Source of the DNA: a virus
Lineage: Duplodnaviria > Caudoviricetes
Virus record (IMG/VR): IMGVR_UViG_3300024518_001892
Location: 1 to 37,258 of that record
Reading direction: 5' to 3' (one strand)
DNA: 37,258 bases
Under the pieces are notes generated by a model. The model ran no database searches. It saw only the letters and a program-made list of their open reading frames with translations, and had not been told where the DNA came from. Every line of letters begins with the position of its first letter. Position 1 is the first letter of the stretch. Positions 1 to 9,009 of this stretch are shown here, one piece after another. Position numbers and translations under genes: made by a program.

Positions 1-146
1 CCCGATCATCTTGCAAAGTTCTTTTGCTGCATCATCTTCGTCTTTCCAGCTTCGGGATGATCGACCTGCCACCAGCTTATAGCCGGGAAAACCTTCGCCG
101 CTTTCAAGCCGACCTTTGACGTGACCAGCAACGGCGTTCAACCAAC
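1..146. repeat. Terminal overlap, left copy (circular assembly / circular permutation)
   Basis: 1-146 matches 37113-37258 except A127 vs G37239; the overlap lies inside a coding region. Confidence 0.95.
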
Positions 147-918
147 CTTCAATCAGCGCTTTTGCCGCAAGCGCTGCGCCGATTTGATCATCCGTCAGAG
201 TGTCAGGGTTCGGCAAATTGTCCAAATCGTCGAACTCAGTCAACAGCGCGTCGGTGGTGGCCTTGAGCAATGCGCCGCAGTTATGTTTGGCGTTACACCA
301 ACGGCAGGTCTTCTCACCCGGTACGCGCGGCGCGTCCGGCGCTTTGGTGGCCTCTGCGCGCTGCGCCACCCAATCGGCCCAACGCAGCAAATCAGGAACG
401 CTGATTGCCCATTCGCTGATGCTGTCCAAGCGCGGCTGGATGATCGAAATCGTGACGCTTTCAACGTCGACAAGATGCCCGACAGCCGCGTATGCCCCAA
501 GAGCATAAAGCATGCCTTGGGGGTTTTCATCTGCACTCACCGGCACGCCCATGCCATATTTCAAATCGCAGACGTGCAAGCTGTTGCCGCGAAGGACAAC
601 GGCATCGGCAGTGCCAAAACCCCCATCGACCCAATCAGAATAATCAACGCGCTCTTCGATCATCACCAAATCCGCGTCAACAGACAGGCGTTCAACGTAT
701 TCAGTATAGACGCGCACAAAGCCCGCCATTTCCTCATCCTCAAAAAGATCAAGCGCGGCACTGCCCGTGCGCAGGGCCAGTTCAGCCAGATCATGCGCCC
801 GCGTGCCTTCCTCGGCAAAGATGCTTGGTGTGTCAGGCAGGGCGGCTTCTGCCGCAACCGAACCGGGGCAGTGCAGCCATCTGTGCGCGCCGGACGCGCC
901 AAGGTTTGAATGCTTCAC
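1..918 (-). CDS. DUF2800-family Cas4-like PD-(D/E)XK nuclease, 5' part; continues across the junction at 37112 down to 36912 (372 aa total)
   Basis: Absent from the ORF track because it runs off the edge. GTG at 918 overlaps the upstream TGA (GTGA). It translates MKHSNLGASGAHRWLHCPGS...AEEGTRAHDLAE, a typical DUF2800 N-terminus, is in frame with 36912..37112, and precedes DUF2815 and the polymerase. Confidence 0.85.
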   Translation of the reverse strand, partial: MKHSNLGASGAHRWLHCPGSVAAEAALPDTPSIFAEEGTRAHDLAELALRTGSAALDLFEDEEMAGFVRVYTEYVERLSVDADLVMIEERVDYSDWVDGGFGTADAVVLRGNSLHVCDLKYGMGVPVSADENPQGMLYALGAYAAVGHLVDVESVTISIIQPRLDSISEWAISVPDLLRWADWVAQRAEATKAPDAPRVPGEKTCRWCNAKHNCGALLKATTDALLTEFDDLDNLPNPDTLTDDQIGAALAAKALIEGWLNAVAGHVKGRLESGEGFPGYKLVAGRSSRSWKDEDDAAKELCKMIG

Positions 919-1265
919 TGGTCCAACCCTTCAAGCCATGCCGCGAAGGCCGCAAGGCCGTCAGCGTCCAGCTTTTTGATGCGCGGCGCACCCAATTCAG
1001 CCAATTTTGCTTTGATCGCCGGGCCGTGCCCACTGCGTGATGCAGCAATCGCCGCTGCGCTGATCGCATCGACGTCTGGTGCGCTGGTCGCATCGCCGTT
1101 GTCGGCGTTCGTCGGTGTTTCGGGAGCGGGAGCGGGCGTTGAGGCAGCTTCGGGTTTTGGCGCACCCGCGGGCTTTGCCGTGATCGGCGCGGCGTCCAGC
1201 TTGGCTGTCAGCGCTTCAATGGCTGCGGTGAGCGCTTCAATTTTCTGTTCTAGCATTTTCGTCAT
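915..1265 (-). CDS. Hypothetical Ala/Pro-rich protein, first gene of the leftward replication operon
   Basis: 116 aa, coiled N-terminus, Pro/Ala linker, helical C-terminus; AAAAAGGA RBS; coupled to the DUF2800 gene. Confidence 0.8.
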   Translation of the reverse strand: MTKMLEQKIEALTAAIEALTAKLDAAPITAKPAGAPKPEAASTPAPAPETPTNADNGDATSAPDVDAISAAAIAASRSGHGPAIKAKLAELGAPRIKKLDADGLAAFAAWLEGLDQ

Positions 1266-1342
1266 CCTTTTTTCATGTTGCGTTTCGACATATAACGCGT
1301 ATAACCTGCGAAAGGCAATATGAATTTTGAAGGATTTTTGAC

Positions 1343-1537
1343 ATGCTCACATCAACCCAACTGGCCGAAGAACTGGGGCTTACCAAAAACACGGTCTTAC
1401 GACTTGCAAACACGGGCAAAATCCCATGCTTGAAACTCCCAACTGCGCGCGGCGATTTTCGCTTTGATCTTGCGGCCGTGCGCGAAGTGCTGCGCCAAAC
1501 TGCCGTGGATAATGCAGACCGGGGAGCGCAAGAATGA
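1343..1537 (+). CDS. Excisionase-like / MerR-type HTH DNA-binding protein
   Basis: MLTSTQLAEELGLTKNTVLRLANTGKIP...DFRFD pattern; AAGGA RBS; ATGA overlap with the primase gene. Confidence 0.85.
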   Translation: MLTSTQLAEELGLTKNTVLRLANTGKIPCLKLPTARGDFRFDLAAVREVLRQTAVDNADRGAQE

Positions 1538-4041
1538 TGTTGAAACCAAACACAGATTTTGAAGTTTCGTTTTCGTATTGCGCCAGCTTTGCGAAAATAG
1601 AAACCAAGTCAGCCCCTTGGGTCAGTTTCGCCAACAGCGTCACAAAGTCAATCGGCTATGGCAGCAAAGAGGAAAGCATCAAGCGCGCCATGATCATCGG
1701 CGGCGTGCGCGAGGATGAGACGCGCGGACGGGCCGACAATGTGAAAACCCGCGAGATTGCTACATTGGATTACGACAATCTCGCGGGGCACTCGTTAAGC
1801 GACATAGAACTCGCATTGGAACTAAGCCTGCCGGATACGTCTTGGCTTGCTTATAGCACGTTCCGGCACACGCCCGAAAGCCCCCGCGTGCGTATCATGT
1901 GCCCTCTTTCGCGCAGTGTCAGCGCGGCTGAATATGAGGCTATAATCACGGCTATTGCCGAGGCCCTCGACCTTGGCGAACCAGACCCATGCTCGTTCTC
2001 AGTGTCGCAAGGCATGTTCCTTGCCTCTCACATGATCGGCGTCGAACCTTGGTCAGCGCAAGGCGGCACCGGCGTGCTGGACGTTGACGCCATGGGCTTG
2101 ATTATCAAGGCACAGCCCGACGCCGATCAGGGCGACGTTTTCGATCTGGATCTTGCCATCGCTGCGCAGCCCCTCGACATCACCGACGAAGATGCCGCGG
2201 CACTGCTGGAAAACTACCCGGCAGAGGGCCTCGACTACGAAGAATGGTTGCGCTGCGGCATGGCGATCGCCCACCAAACGCAAAAGAGCGACGAGGGCTT
2301 TCAACAGTGGGTGAACTGGTCAGCCCAAAGCAGCAAGCATGACGCCAAACAAATGAGGGTCAAATGGCGGTCGTTCGGCGGATCGGGCGCGCCCGTAACA
2401 ATGGCGTCCATCATCAAGGCCGCCGGGGGCCTCAAAGGTGGCGCTGTTGCGGTTGTCGCTGGTGGTGATGTTGCCCGATCGCTTGAAGATCAGGCGGCGG
2501 CGATCAGCACCATGGCCGAATATGGCGATTTCAAAAAGCGCATCCAGCAAATGAACGCAATGCAAATGCCCCCCGACATCAGATCAATGCTGGCGGGCAT
2601 CGCGCATGAGGGCTTTGCCAAGGGCGTCGGCATGGGACTGCGCGAAGTCAAGGCAGCGTTTAAGCCTGTCAAGGCGGCTGCCCCTGCGCGCGATGCTGAT
2701 GACGTTGAACGTATCGAGACGCCCGGTTGGTTGGCGGATTGGGTTTATGACGAGAAGAACTGCTTATTCGTCAACAGCCATGTCCGCGATTATGGCATCA
2801 AGCGCGAGGCGTTTCGCGCAAGATATGACCGCCAACCGATTTGTTCGGAACTTGAAACCGACGCGGCCACTTTTGCTTTGAACTATGCTCAAATCCCCAC
2901 AGTGGCGCAAAGCGTGTTCTGGCCGAACATGGGCAGGTTTTTCACAATGGACGGAAAGGACTGCCTCAACAGCTATTTCCCAAGCGGTAGGCCAGCTCTT
3001 GAGGCAGGCGCGCTTGAGGGTGACGCAGACGGCTTGGCCGTGGTGCAACTGTTTTTGGACCACGTGGCAATGCTGATCGAAGATGAGCGCGAAAGAAATA
3101 TTTTTCTGGATTGGCTGTCGTATGTTTATCAAAACCAAGGGCAGCGGGTCAGATGGGCCATGTTGCTATGGGGCATTGAAGGGAACGGTAAAACCTACTT
3201 TTTCAAAATCATGCAGCTTTTGATGGGCGAAAACGCCAAGCCCATTTTGCCGTCAATGGTTGAAGGCAATTTCAATGATTGGGCGGTCGGTTCCATCCTC
3301 GCTTGCGTTGAAGAAATTCGCATCAGCGGCACAAGCAAATACACGATTTTGGACAAGATCAAGCCGGTGCTTTCAAACGACCATATCGCGGTGGAGCCAA
3401 AGGGCCGGGCCGGGTATAGCGCCCCAAACTTCACGTCGTATCTGATGCTGACCAACCATCAGGACGCCATCCCAATATCAAACAACGATCGCCGATATTG
3501 CGTCATCTTCACAAAGCAACAGACCGCGACCGATTTCTTTGAGGAAATGGGCGGGGAAGATGCGGTGGGTGATTATTTCAATCGTCTGTTTTCGGAAAGC
3601 GATAGGCGTGTGGATGCCATCGGGCGCTGGCTGTTGGACCGCAAGCAAGGGGCGGAATTCAATCCGTCTGGGCGCGCACCATCAACAAAGGGCATCGCGT
3701 CCATGCGGGTCGCAAACGAAACTGACGACCAGATCGCCGTGCGCGAGGCGCTCTCTGATTATTGGTGCGACGTGATCAACGAAAACATCGTTGACGTGAC
3801 CCACCTCAACGCCTGCGCGCTTGCTGACAGCAACAACGATGCGGTGCTACCAACCGGACGTGCACTGGGCAACATGATGCGCGATCTGGGCTACAAACCC
3901 GTTGGTCCGGGCTTCTTCAAAGTTAAGGGACAGAAGCACCGCGTCTGGATCAAGGGACACAAACTCCACGACGAGGAGGCCAGAAAGATCGTGCAGGACT
4001 ATCACTCAAGCGTCGAATTTTTTGACGAACCTCCAATGTGA
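1534..4041 (+). CDS. Primase-helicase (N-terminal primase-like domain, PriCT-2 domain, C-terminal SF3/DUF5906-type helicase)
   Basis: LDYD and YSTFRH motifs; PriCT-2-like DYEEWLRCGMAI...WVNWS...KWRSF; Walker A GIEGNGKT, Walker B VEEI, LTNH and DRR motifs. Confidence 0.88.
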   Translation: MMLKPNTDFEVSFSYCASFAKIETKSAPWVSFANSVTKSIGYGSKEESIKRAMIIGGVREDETRGRADNVKTREIATLDYDNLAGHSLSDIELALELSLPDTSWLAYSTFRHTPESPRVRIMCPLSRSVSAAEYEAIITAIAEALDLGEPDPCSFSVSQGMFLASHMIGVEPWSAQGGTGVLDVDAMGLIIKAQPDADQGDVFDLDLAIAAQPLDITDEDAAALLENYPAEGLDYEEWLRCGMAIAHQTQKSDEGFQQWVNWSAQSSKHDAKQMRVKWRSFGGSGAPVTMASIIKAAGGLKGGAVAVVAGGDVARSLEDQAAAISTMAEYGDFKKRIQQMNAMQMPPDIRSMLAGIAHEGFAKGVGMGLREVKAAFKPVKAAAPARDADDVERIETPGWLADWVYDEKNCLFVNSHVRDYGIKREAFRARYDRQPICSELETDAATFALNYAQIPTVAQSVFWPNMGRFFTMDGKDCLNSYFPSGRPALEAGALEGDADGLAVVQLFLDHVAMLIEDERERNIFLDWLSYVYQNQGQRVRWAMLLWGIEGNGKTYFFKIMQLLMGENAKPILPSMVEGNFNDWAVGSILACVEEIRISGTSKYTILDKIKPVLSNDHIAVEPKGRAGYSAPNFTSYLMLTNHQDAIPISNNDRRYCVIFTKQQTATDFFEEMGGEDAVGDYFNRLFSESDRRVDAIGRWLLDRKQGAEFNPSGRAPSTKGIASMRVANETDDQIAVREALSDYWCDVINENIVDVTHLNACALADSNNDAVLPTGRALGNMMRDLGYKPVGPGFFKVKGQKHRVWIKGHKLHDEEARKIVQDYHSSVEFFDEPPM

Positions 4042-4048
4042 TGAAATC

Positions 4049-4277
4049 GGGGACAGGAAAACCACCTTTCGGGGACAGTAAAAAATGTTTCTGTCCCCGC
4101 CAATTTCCCTTGTTTTACAAGGCTTTAGTGTTTTTTAGGGACAGGGGACAGTTAATAGAGAGTTGTAGTAGAAGGTTTTGTGTTTTTGTAATATTGCAGC
4201 ATTTGGGATTTCCACACAGTTAAACTCCTATGGCTCAGACCGAGTCAAATTAAGTGTCCCTCTGTCCCTCGTGTCCC
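4049..4277. repeat. GGGACA/TGTCCC iteron-like repeat cluster, putative replication origin
   Basis: GGGACA at 4050, 4072, 4138, 4145; TGTCCC at 4092, 4255, 4263, 4272; AT-rich stretch between; directly downstream of the primase-helicase. Confidence 0.65.
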
Positions 4278-4436
4278 TATCGCCCCCACCCCCTGCGAGA
4301 AAAGCGCATGACGATAGGGCGGGGGTTTTCAAAAAAAAACTTGCAGAATTCGACGAGGTTGGGGTTTTTCGCCTTGCGTTAACAAGTTTATTGGTTTATA
4401 AATTTACTTGTTGAAACTTTTGAAAGGGTTTTTGAA

Positions 4437-4694
4437 ATGATCGTTGACGCAAGCTTGGCAACCAAATGCCGCACAGGTAGACCGTACACGTGCAAAGCCG
4501 CTGTCTCAAATTTGTTGGATGACATGCTGGTCGGTGACTCTGTTGACGTAGATGGGTTTTTGGCTCCGGACGGAAGCGACGCAGGCAAGGGCTTGTTTAC
4601 AACCTTGGTATCCAAACTCAAGGAAGACCGCGTCTTCCAAGTTCACACCAAATATTCAAACGCAAAGCTCGCCACGATTCGGCGCATCGTATAA
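4437..4694 (+). CDS. Hypothetical protein
   Basis: 85 aa ORF with AAAGGG RBS; no recognised motif. Confidence 0.6.
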   Translation: MIVDASLATKCRTGRPYTCKAAVSNLLDDMLVGDSVDVDGFLAPDGSDAGKGLFTTLVSKLKEDRVFQVHTKYSNAKLATIRRIV

Positions 4695-4799
4695 AAACTT
4701 GCGCCCCCCCCGCTGTAAAAATTTATGGTGGGGGGAACAAGCGGCGGAGGTGTAGGAACCTCGACGCCGCTCTAACATCAGCCGTGAAAGGGCCAGCTA

Positions 4800-5345
4800 A
4801 TGTCTAAAAAGAAATTACCTGACATCGAAGAATTGCGCAACCTGTTGCGGTACGATCCCGAAACCGGAAAGCTTTTCTGGTTGCCGCGCGACGCGTCACT
4901 TTTCAAAACCGAACGCTCATATAAAACGTGGAACGCGAGGTTTGCCAATAAACCGGCGGGGGGTCTTAACAATGAGGGCTACGTTCTTATCAAACTGTCT
5001 GGCCGCATGTTTCGCGCCCATCGCGTTGCTTGGGCCATCCACCACGGCGCTTGGCCAGCAGATCATCTTGATCATATAAACGGCGACCGGGTAGACAATC
5101 GCATGGTGAACTTGCGCGAAGCCACCAACCGTGAAAACAACAAAAACCAGAAACTGCGATGCGACAACACAAGTGGCGTTGTCGGCGTTTATTGGGATAA
5201 ACGCAGCGCGAAGTGGTGGGCCCGGATTAAGGTTGATAGGAAAAGCATCCATCTTGGCTATTTTGACAGCATCGAAGATGCCGCCGCCGCAAGGGCAGAA
5301 GCCGAAATCAAATACGATTTTCACGAAAACCACGGAAGGATTTAA
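4800..5345 (+). CDS. HNH endonuclease with C-terminal AP2-like DNA-binding domain
   Basis: LRYDPETG N-terminus; AHRVAW...DHINGDRVDNRMVNLR HNH motif; NTSGVVGV...W.ARI...HLGYF..IEDAAAAR AP2-type tail. Confidence 0.92.
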   Translation: MSKKKLPDIEELRNLLRYDPETGKLFWLPRDASLFKTERSYKTWNARFANKPAGGLNNEGYVLIKLSGRMFRAHRVAWAIHHGAWPADHLDHINGDRVDNRMVNLREATNRENNKNQKLRCDNTSGVVGVYWDKRSAKWWARIKVDRKSIHLGYFDSIEDAAAARAEAEIKYDFHENHGRI

Positions 5346-5347
5346 GC

Positions 5348-5659
5348 ATGACCGACAACAACACATCATTTGAAGAAACCTACGCAGACGCATGGGCGGC
5401 ATCTCTGGCGCGCGAAGAAGGCCGAAAGAAAGCGGCGCGATCGCAAAAGCCAATCCGCTTTTACAAAGAAAAGATCGCCATTTGCAAACTGATGGCTGAT
5501 CGGCGCATTCGCACAATCGACGACATCGCAAACGCCATTGGGGTGAAAAGCGCAGGCCGCAATACACTCACATCAGCGCTGCGATCACTGCAAGCGCGAG
5601 GCATCATCGTCTCGGAGTGGGATACAAACAACCTTATGCGCTTCTGGGTGGCTAAATGA
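5348..5659 (+). CDS. Putative winged-helix DNA-binding protein (possible late regulator)
   Basis: TIDDIANAIG...LTSALRSLQARGII wHTH-like pattern; lies just before the packaging genes. Confidence 0.6.
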   Translation: MTDNNTSFEETYADAWAASLAREEGRKKAARSQKPIRFYKEKIAICKLMADRRIRTIDDIANAIGVKSAGRNTLTSALRSLQARGIIVSEWDTNNLMRFWVAK

Positions 5660-5796
5660 TGGAGCGACAGATCAGGATGGCCGCGCACCTGCTGCGTCTC
5701 GGTAGAACGCCCGAACAGTTAACGCTTGAAGGCTTCGCGGCCGCAGCGATCCTGATAGCACAAGAAAGACTTGCCGATAAGTCGAAAGAGCCTTAA
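5656..5796 (+). CDS. Small hypothetical protein (46 aa)
   Basis: Below the ORF-track cutoff; ATGA overlap with the previous gene; MMERQIRMAAHLLRLGRTPEQLTLEGF... Confidence 0.5.
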   Translation: MMERQIRMAAHLLRLGRTPEQLTLEGFAAAAILIAQERLADKSKEP

Positions 5797-5799
5797 GAT
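5771..5799 (+). promoter_or_regulatory. Sigma70-like promoter upstream of terS
   Basis: TTGCCG (5771-5776) - 17 nt - TAAGAT (5794-5799). Confidence 0.5.
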
Positions 5800-5852
5800 A
5801 CAACGCAGCAAGGTCGGGCGGGAAGCCTGACCAAACCAGACGGGAAGTCGCA

Positions 5853-6392
5853 ATGTCGCTCACGCCAAAACAGGAACGCTTCGTCGAAGAATACCTGATA
5901 GACATGAACGCCACACAGGCGGCAATCCGGGCGGGATACAGCAAAGCAACGGCAGAAGCGCAAGGCTCTAGGCTGTTGAGCAATGTTAAGATCGCGGCGG
6001 CAGTTTCCGCAGCCAAAGCGGAAAGATCAGCGCGCACCAATATCACACAAGACATGATCCTGTTCGAACTCGCAAAGATCGGCTTCTCAGACCTCCGCAA
6101 AATCCTGACAAAAGACGGCCGCATCCAATCGCCGCACGATTGGGATGACAGCACCGCAGGTGCAATCTCATCAATGGAAGTCGTTTCGCGATCAGCAGGC
6201 ACCGACGAAGACGGTAACAGGGAATTTGAATACGTCTCCAAGATCAAAACTTGGGACAAACTGACCGCGTTGGACAAACTTGGAAAGCATCTAGGTATGT
6301 TCCAAAACGAGGGACAAAACGTAACAATCAACCTACCTTATGACGGATGGCACATTGAACGCGCAAAATCCGATACGCCTGACGCTGACTGA
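5853..6392 (+). CDS. terS: Terminase small subunit
   Basis: LTPKQERFVEEYLIDMNATQAAIRAGYS signature; DKLTALDKLGKHLGMF C-terminal motif. Confidence 0.95.
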   Translation: MSLTPKQERFVEEYLIDMNATQAAIRAGYSKATAEAQGSRLLSNVKIAAAVSAAKAERSARTNITQDMILFELAKIGFSDLRKILTKDGRIQSPHDWDDSTAGAISSMEVVSRSAGTDEDGNREFEYVSKIKTWDKLTALDKLGKHLGMFQNEGQNVTINLPYDGWHIERAKSDTPDAD

Positions 6393-7614
6393 GCCGCAGG
6401 AGCGGTTCCTTTTGTCAAAGGCAAAGCATCCCGCATTCGTTGCGGGCTTCGGCTCTGGCAAGTCGGAAATCATGTGCTGTTCTGCAATCAGTGACGCCGC
6501 CCACAGCGCAGGCGCGCTCATCGGGCTGTATGCTCCCACATATGACCTTGTGCGCCTTATAACTGCCCCGCGTATCTGCGAAAAGCTGGACGAAATCGGC
6601 GTGCCCCACAAATGGAACAAGTCGGAAAACATCATTTATTGCAACTACCCCCGTTTTGGGGACTTCGTGCTGCGCACAATGGACAACCCCGCGCGCATTG
6701 TCGGATATGAAACATACCGCGCGCATGTTGACGAACTCGACACGCTCAAGGCCGAAAACGCACGGCACGCATGGAACCAAATCATCGCCAGAAACCGGCA
6801 AAAGCCCGAAGGCATCAGAAATCCGTTCAACCGGGTCAGCGCATACACCACGCCCGAAGGTTTCAAATTCACTTACGACCGTTGGAAGCGCAACCCGACA
6901 GAAAACTATGAAATCTTCCAAGCGGCAACGTACAGCAACCCGTTTCTCCCAAGCGATTACGTTGACAACCTGCGCGCAAGCTATCCGGCGGAACTGATCG
7001 ACGCATATATCGAGGGCCAGTTCGTCAACCTGACAAGCGGCACAGTTTACAGCAGTTATGATCGCGCAGCCTGCCGATCTTCTGAGGAAATCAAGCCATC
7101 GGAGCCGCTGCACATCGGGCAGGACTTTAACGTCAACAATATGGCGTCTGTGATCGTCGTTCGGCGCGGGGATGAATGGCACGCCGTTGCAGAACTTAAA
7201 GGGATCCGGGACACGCCCCGCCTAATCGAAACGCTCAAAGAAAAATACGCGGGCCATCACATCACGATTTATCCAGACGCAAGCGGCGGATCGACCAAGA
7301 CCGTTGACGCTTCCACGTCCGATCTGCAACTCCTGCGCAATGCAAAATTCGCCATCCGCGCACCCGCCGCTAACCCGCGCGTAAAAGACCGGATCGTCAG
7401 CATGAACGCGGCGCTGGAAAAGGGCAGGCTCTTGGTCAATGACACCGCATGCCCTGACCTAGCCGAAGCGCTTGAACAGCAGAGCTATGATAAGAACGGA
7501 GAACCTGATAAGAGTTCAGGCCATGACCACCCGAATGATGCGCTGGGCTATCTTGTTGCTCAAAGGCTGCCAGTTGTCCGACCGGGTATGAAACAAATCG
7601 CAATGCCGCTATGA
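6340..7614 (+). CDS. terL: Terminase large subunit
   Basis: Walker A GFGSGKS, Walker B AHVDE, TTPEG coupling motif, nuclease GQDFN and DHPNDALGY motifs. Confidence 0.95.
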   Translation: MTDGTLNAQNPIRLTLTEPQERFLLSKAKHPAFVAGFGSGKSEIMCCSAISDAAHSAGALIGLYAPTYDLVRLITAPRICEKLDEIGVPHKWNKSENIIYCNYPRFGDFVLRTMDNPARIVGYETYRAHVDELDTLKAENARHAWNQIIARNRQKPEGIRNPFNRVSAYTTPEGFKFTYDRWKRNPTENYEIFQAATYSNPFLPSDYVDNLRASYPAELIDAYIEGQFVNLTSGTVYSSYDRAACRSSEEIKPSEPLHIGQDFNVNNMASVIVVRRGDEWHAVAELKGIRDTPRLIETLKEKYAGHHITIYPDASGGSTKTVDASTSDLQLLRNAKFAIRAPAANPRVKDRIVSMNAALEKGRLLVNDTACPDLAEALEQQSYDKNGEPDKSSGHDHPNDALGYLVAQRLPVVRPGMKQIAMPL

Positions 7615-7626
7615 TGAGGGCCAAAA

Positions 7627-9009
7627 ATGTCTGAGACAGTTGCAAAACGCACCAAGGCCGTTAGCGCCATGATTGAAGCCACAACCAAGGGGCGCGCGCT
7701 CATGGGTGGCACCGCAGCAATGCGCAAGGCGGGCGAGGCATACTTGCCGCGCTTCGACGCAGAAAGCGCAGAAGCCTACGCCAAAAAGCTTCAGCGCAGC
7801 ACGCTATTCGAGGCCTTTCCCCGCGCGGTTGAGCAAATGACCGGTAAGGTGTTCGCGCAGCCGGTTGAGATTGTGGACGCACCGGACCAAATGAACGAAT
7901 GGGCGCAGAACATCGACATGCAAGGCCGCGATCTTTCGACGTTCGCTCTTGAGGTTTTCCGGGATGCTTTTGTTTCGGGCGTTTCCTACATCATGGTCGA
8001 AGCCCCTCGGCGCGATGCAGAAACCACCCGGCAGCAGGCAGCGGAAATGGGCCTGCGGCCGTATCTGGTACATTTGCAGGTCGAGGAAATTCTGGGCTGG
8101 AAAACAGCGCTTTTCGGCAATGTGCTGGCCTTGTCGCAACTGCGCATCATGGAACACTTGACAGAACAAGACCCGGCTGACGAATTCAGCACCATCGAGG
8201 TCGAACAGGTTCGCGTGCTGGACCGGCTGCCAGACGCGGTGCAGGTCCGCCTTTACCGCAAGGGTAAAAAGGACGCTTGGGTTATGGTTGACAAATACCT
8301 GACCGAAGCCCCAGAAATCACGGTCATTCCATACTACGCCAAGCGAACAGGGTTCTTCACCGGTAAGCCACCGCTTGAGGGCATGATTGACGTGAACATC
8401 AGTCATTGGCAGTTGCAATCCGGCATTCGGAACAACAGCCATTACAGCCTAATTCCCGTAATGTTGCTGACCGGCTTCGACGATGAAACCGAAATGGTTC
8501 TGTCTTCGTCCATGGCGATGACCAGCAGGAACGCGGAGGCAGACGCAAAATGGGTCGCCACAGATACCGCAGCGGTCACAACAGCGCAGGCGCTCTTGAA
8601 AGACCTTGAGGATCAGATGGAGGAACTGGGGCTTCAGCTTACCGCAAAGCGCGTCGTCAATGAAAGCGCAACCGGGGCCGCATTGGCCGCAGCCAAAGAA
8701 ACCAGCACGCTTGCAATGATGGCGGACAGCCTCAAGGACGCGCTGGAACAGGCGATGATTTGGGTCGCGTTCTACGGCGGGCTTGGAGAGCCGCCCATCA
8801 ATGTCGAGGTCAACAAAGAATTCGGCGTTACGCCAATGCAGGCCAATGACGTGATGGCGCTCTTGGCATCTGTGACATCCGGCAACCTTTCGCAGACGAC
8901 CTTCATCAATGAACTGGCACGCAGGAACTTCATCAGCCCTGACATCATCGCAGAGGACGAAATCGACGCGATCGACTTTGAGCCTGTTGATTTGGGGGAC
9001 GGCGCATAA
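7627..9009 (+). CDS. Portal protein (DUF4055-type)
   Basis: 460 aa after terL; GGTAAMRKAGEAYLP and NIDMQG motifs typical of this portal group. Confidence 0.88.
   Translation: MSETVAKRTKAVSAMIEATTKGRALMGGTAAMRKAGEAYLPRFDAESAEAYAKKLQRSTLFEAFPRAVEQMTGKVFAQPVEIVDAPDQMNEWAQNIDMQGRDLSTFALEVFRDAFVSGVSYIMVEAPRRDAETTRQQAAEMGLRPYLVHLQVEEILGWKTALFGNVLALSQLRIMEHLTEQDPADEFSTIEVEQVRVLDRLPDAVQVRLYRKGKKDAWVMVDKYLTEAPEITVIPYYAKRTGFFTGKPPLEGMIDVNISHWQLQSGIRNNSHYSLIPVMLLTGFDDETEMVLSSSMAMTSRNAEADAKWVATDTAAVTTAQALLKDLEDQMEELGLQLTAKRVVNESATGAALAAAKETSTLAMMADSLKDALEQAMIWVAFYGGLGEPPINVEVNKEFGVTPMQANDVMALLASVTSGNLSQTTFINELARRNFISPDIIAEDEIDAIDFEPVDLGDGA

Noticed and set aside
121-909. 262-aa + strand ORF
   Set aside because: Antisense shadow of the DUF2800 gene on the - strand (1..918); no motif or RBS
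1343-1537. Lysogeny module implied by the excisionase-like HTH
   Set aside because: No integrase, cI-like repressor, partition genes or protelomerase recognisable anywhere in the genome
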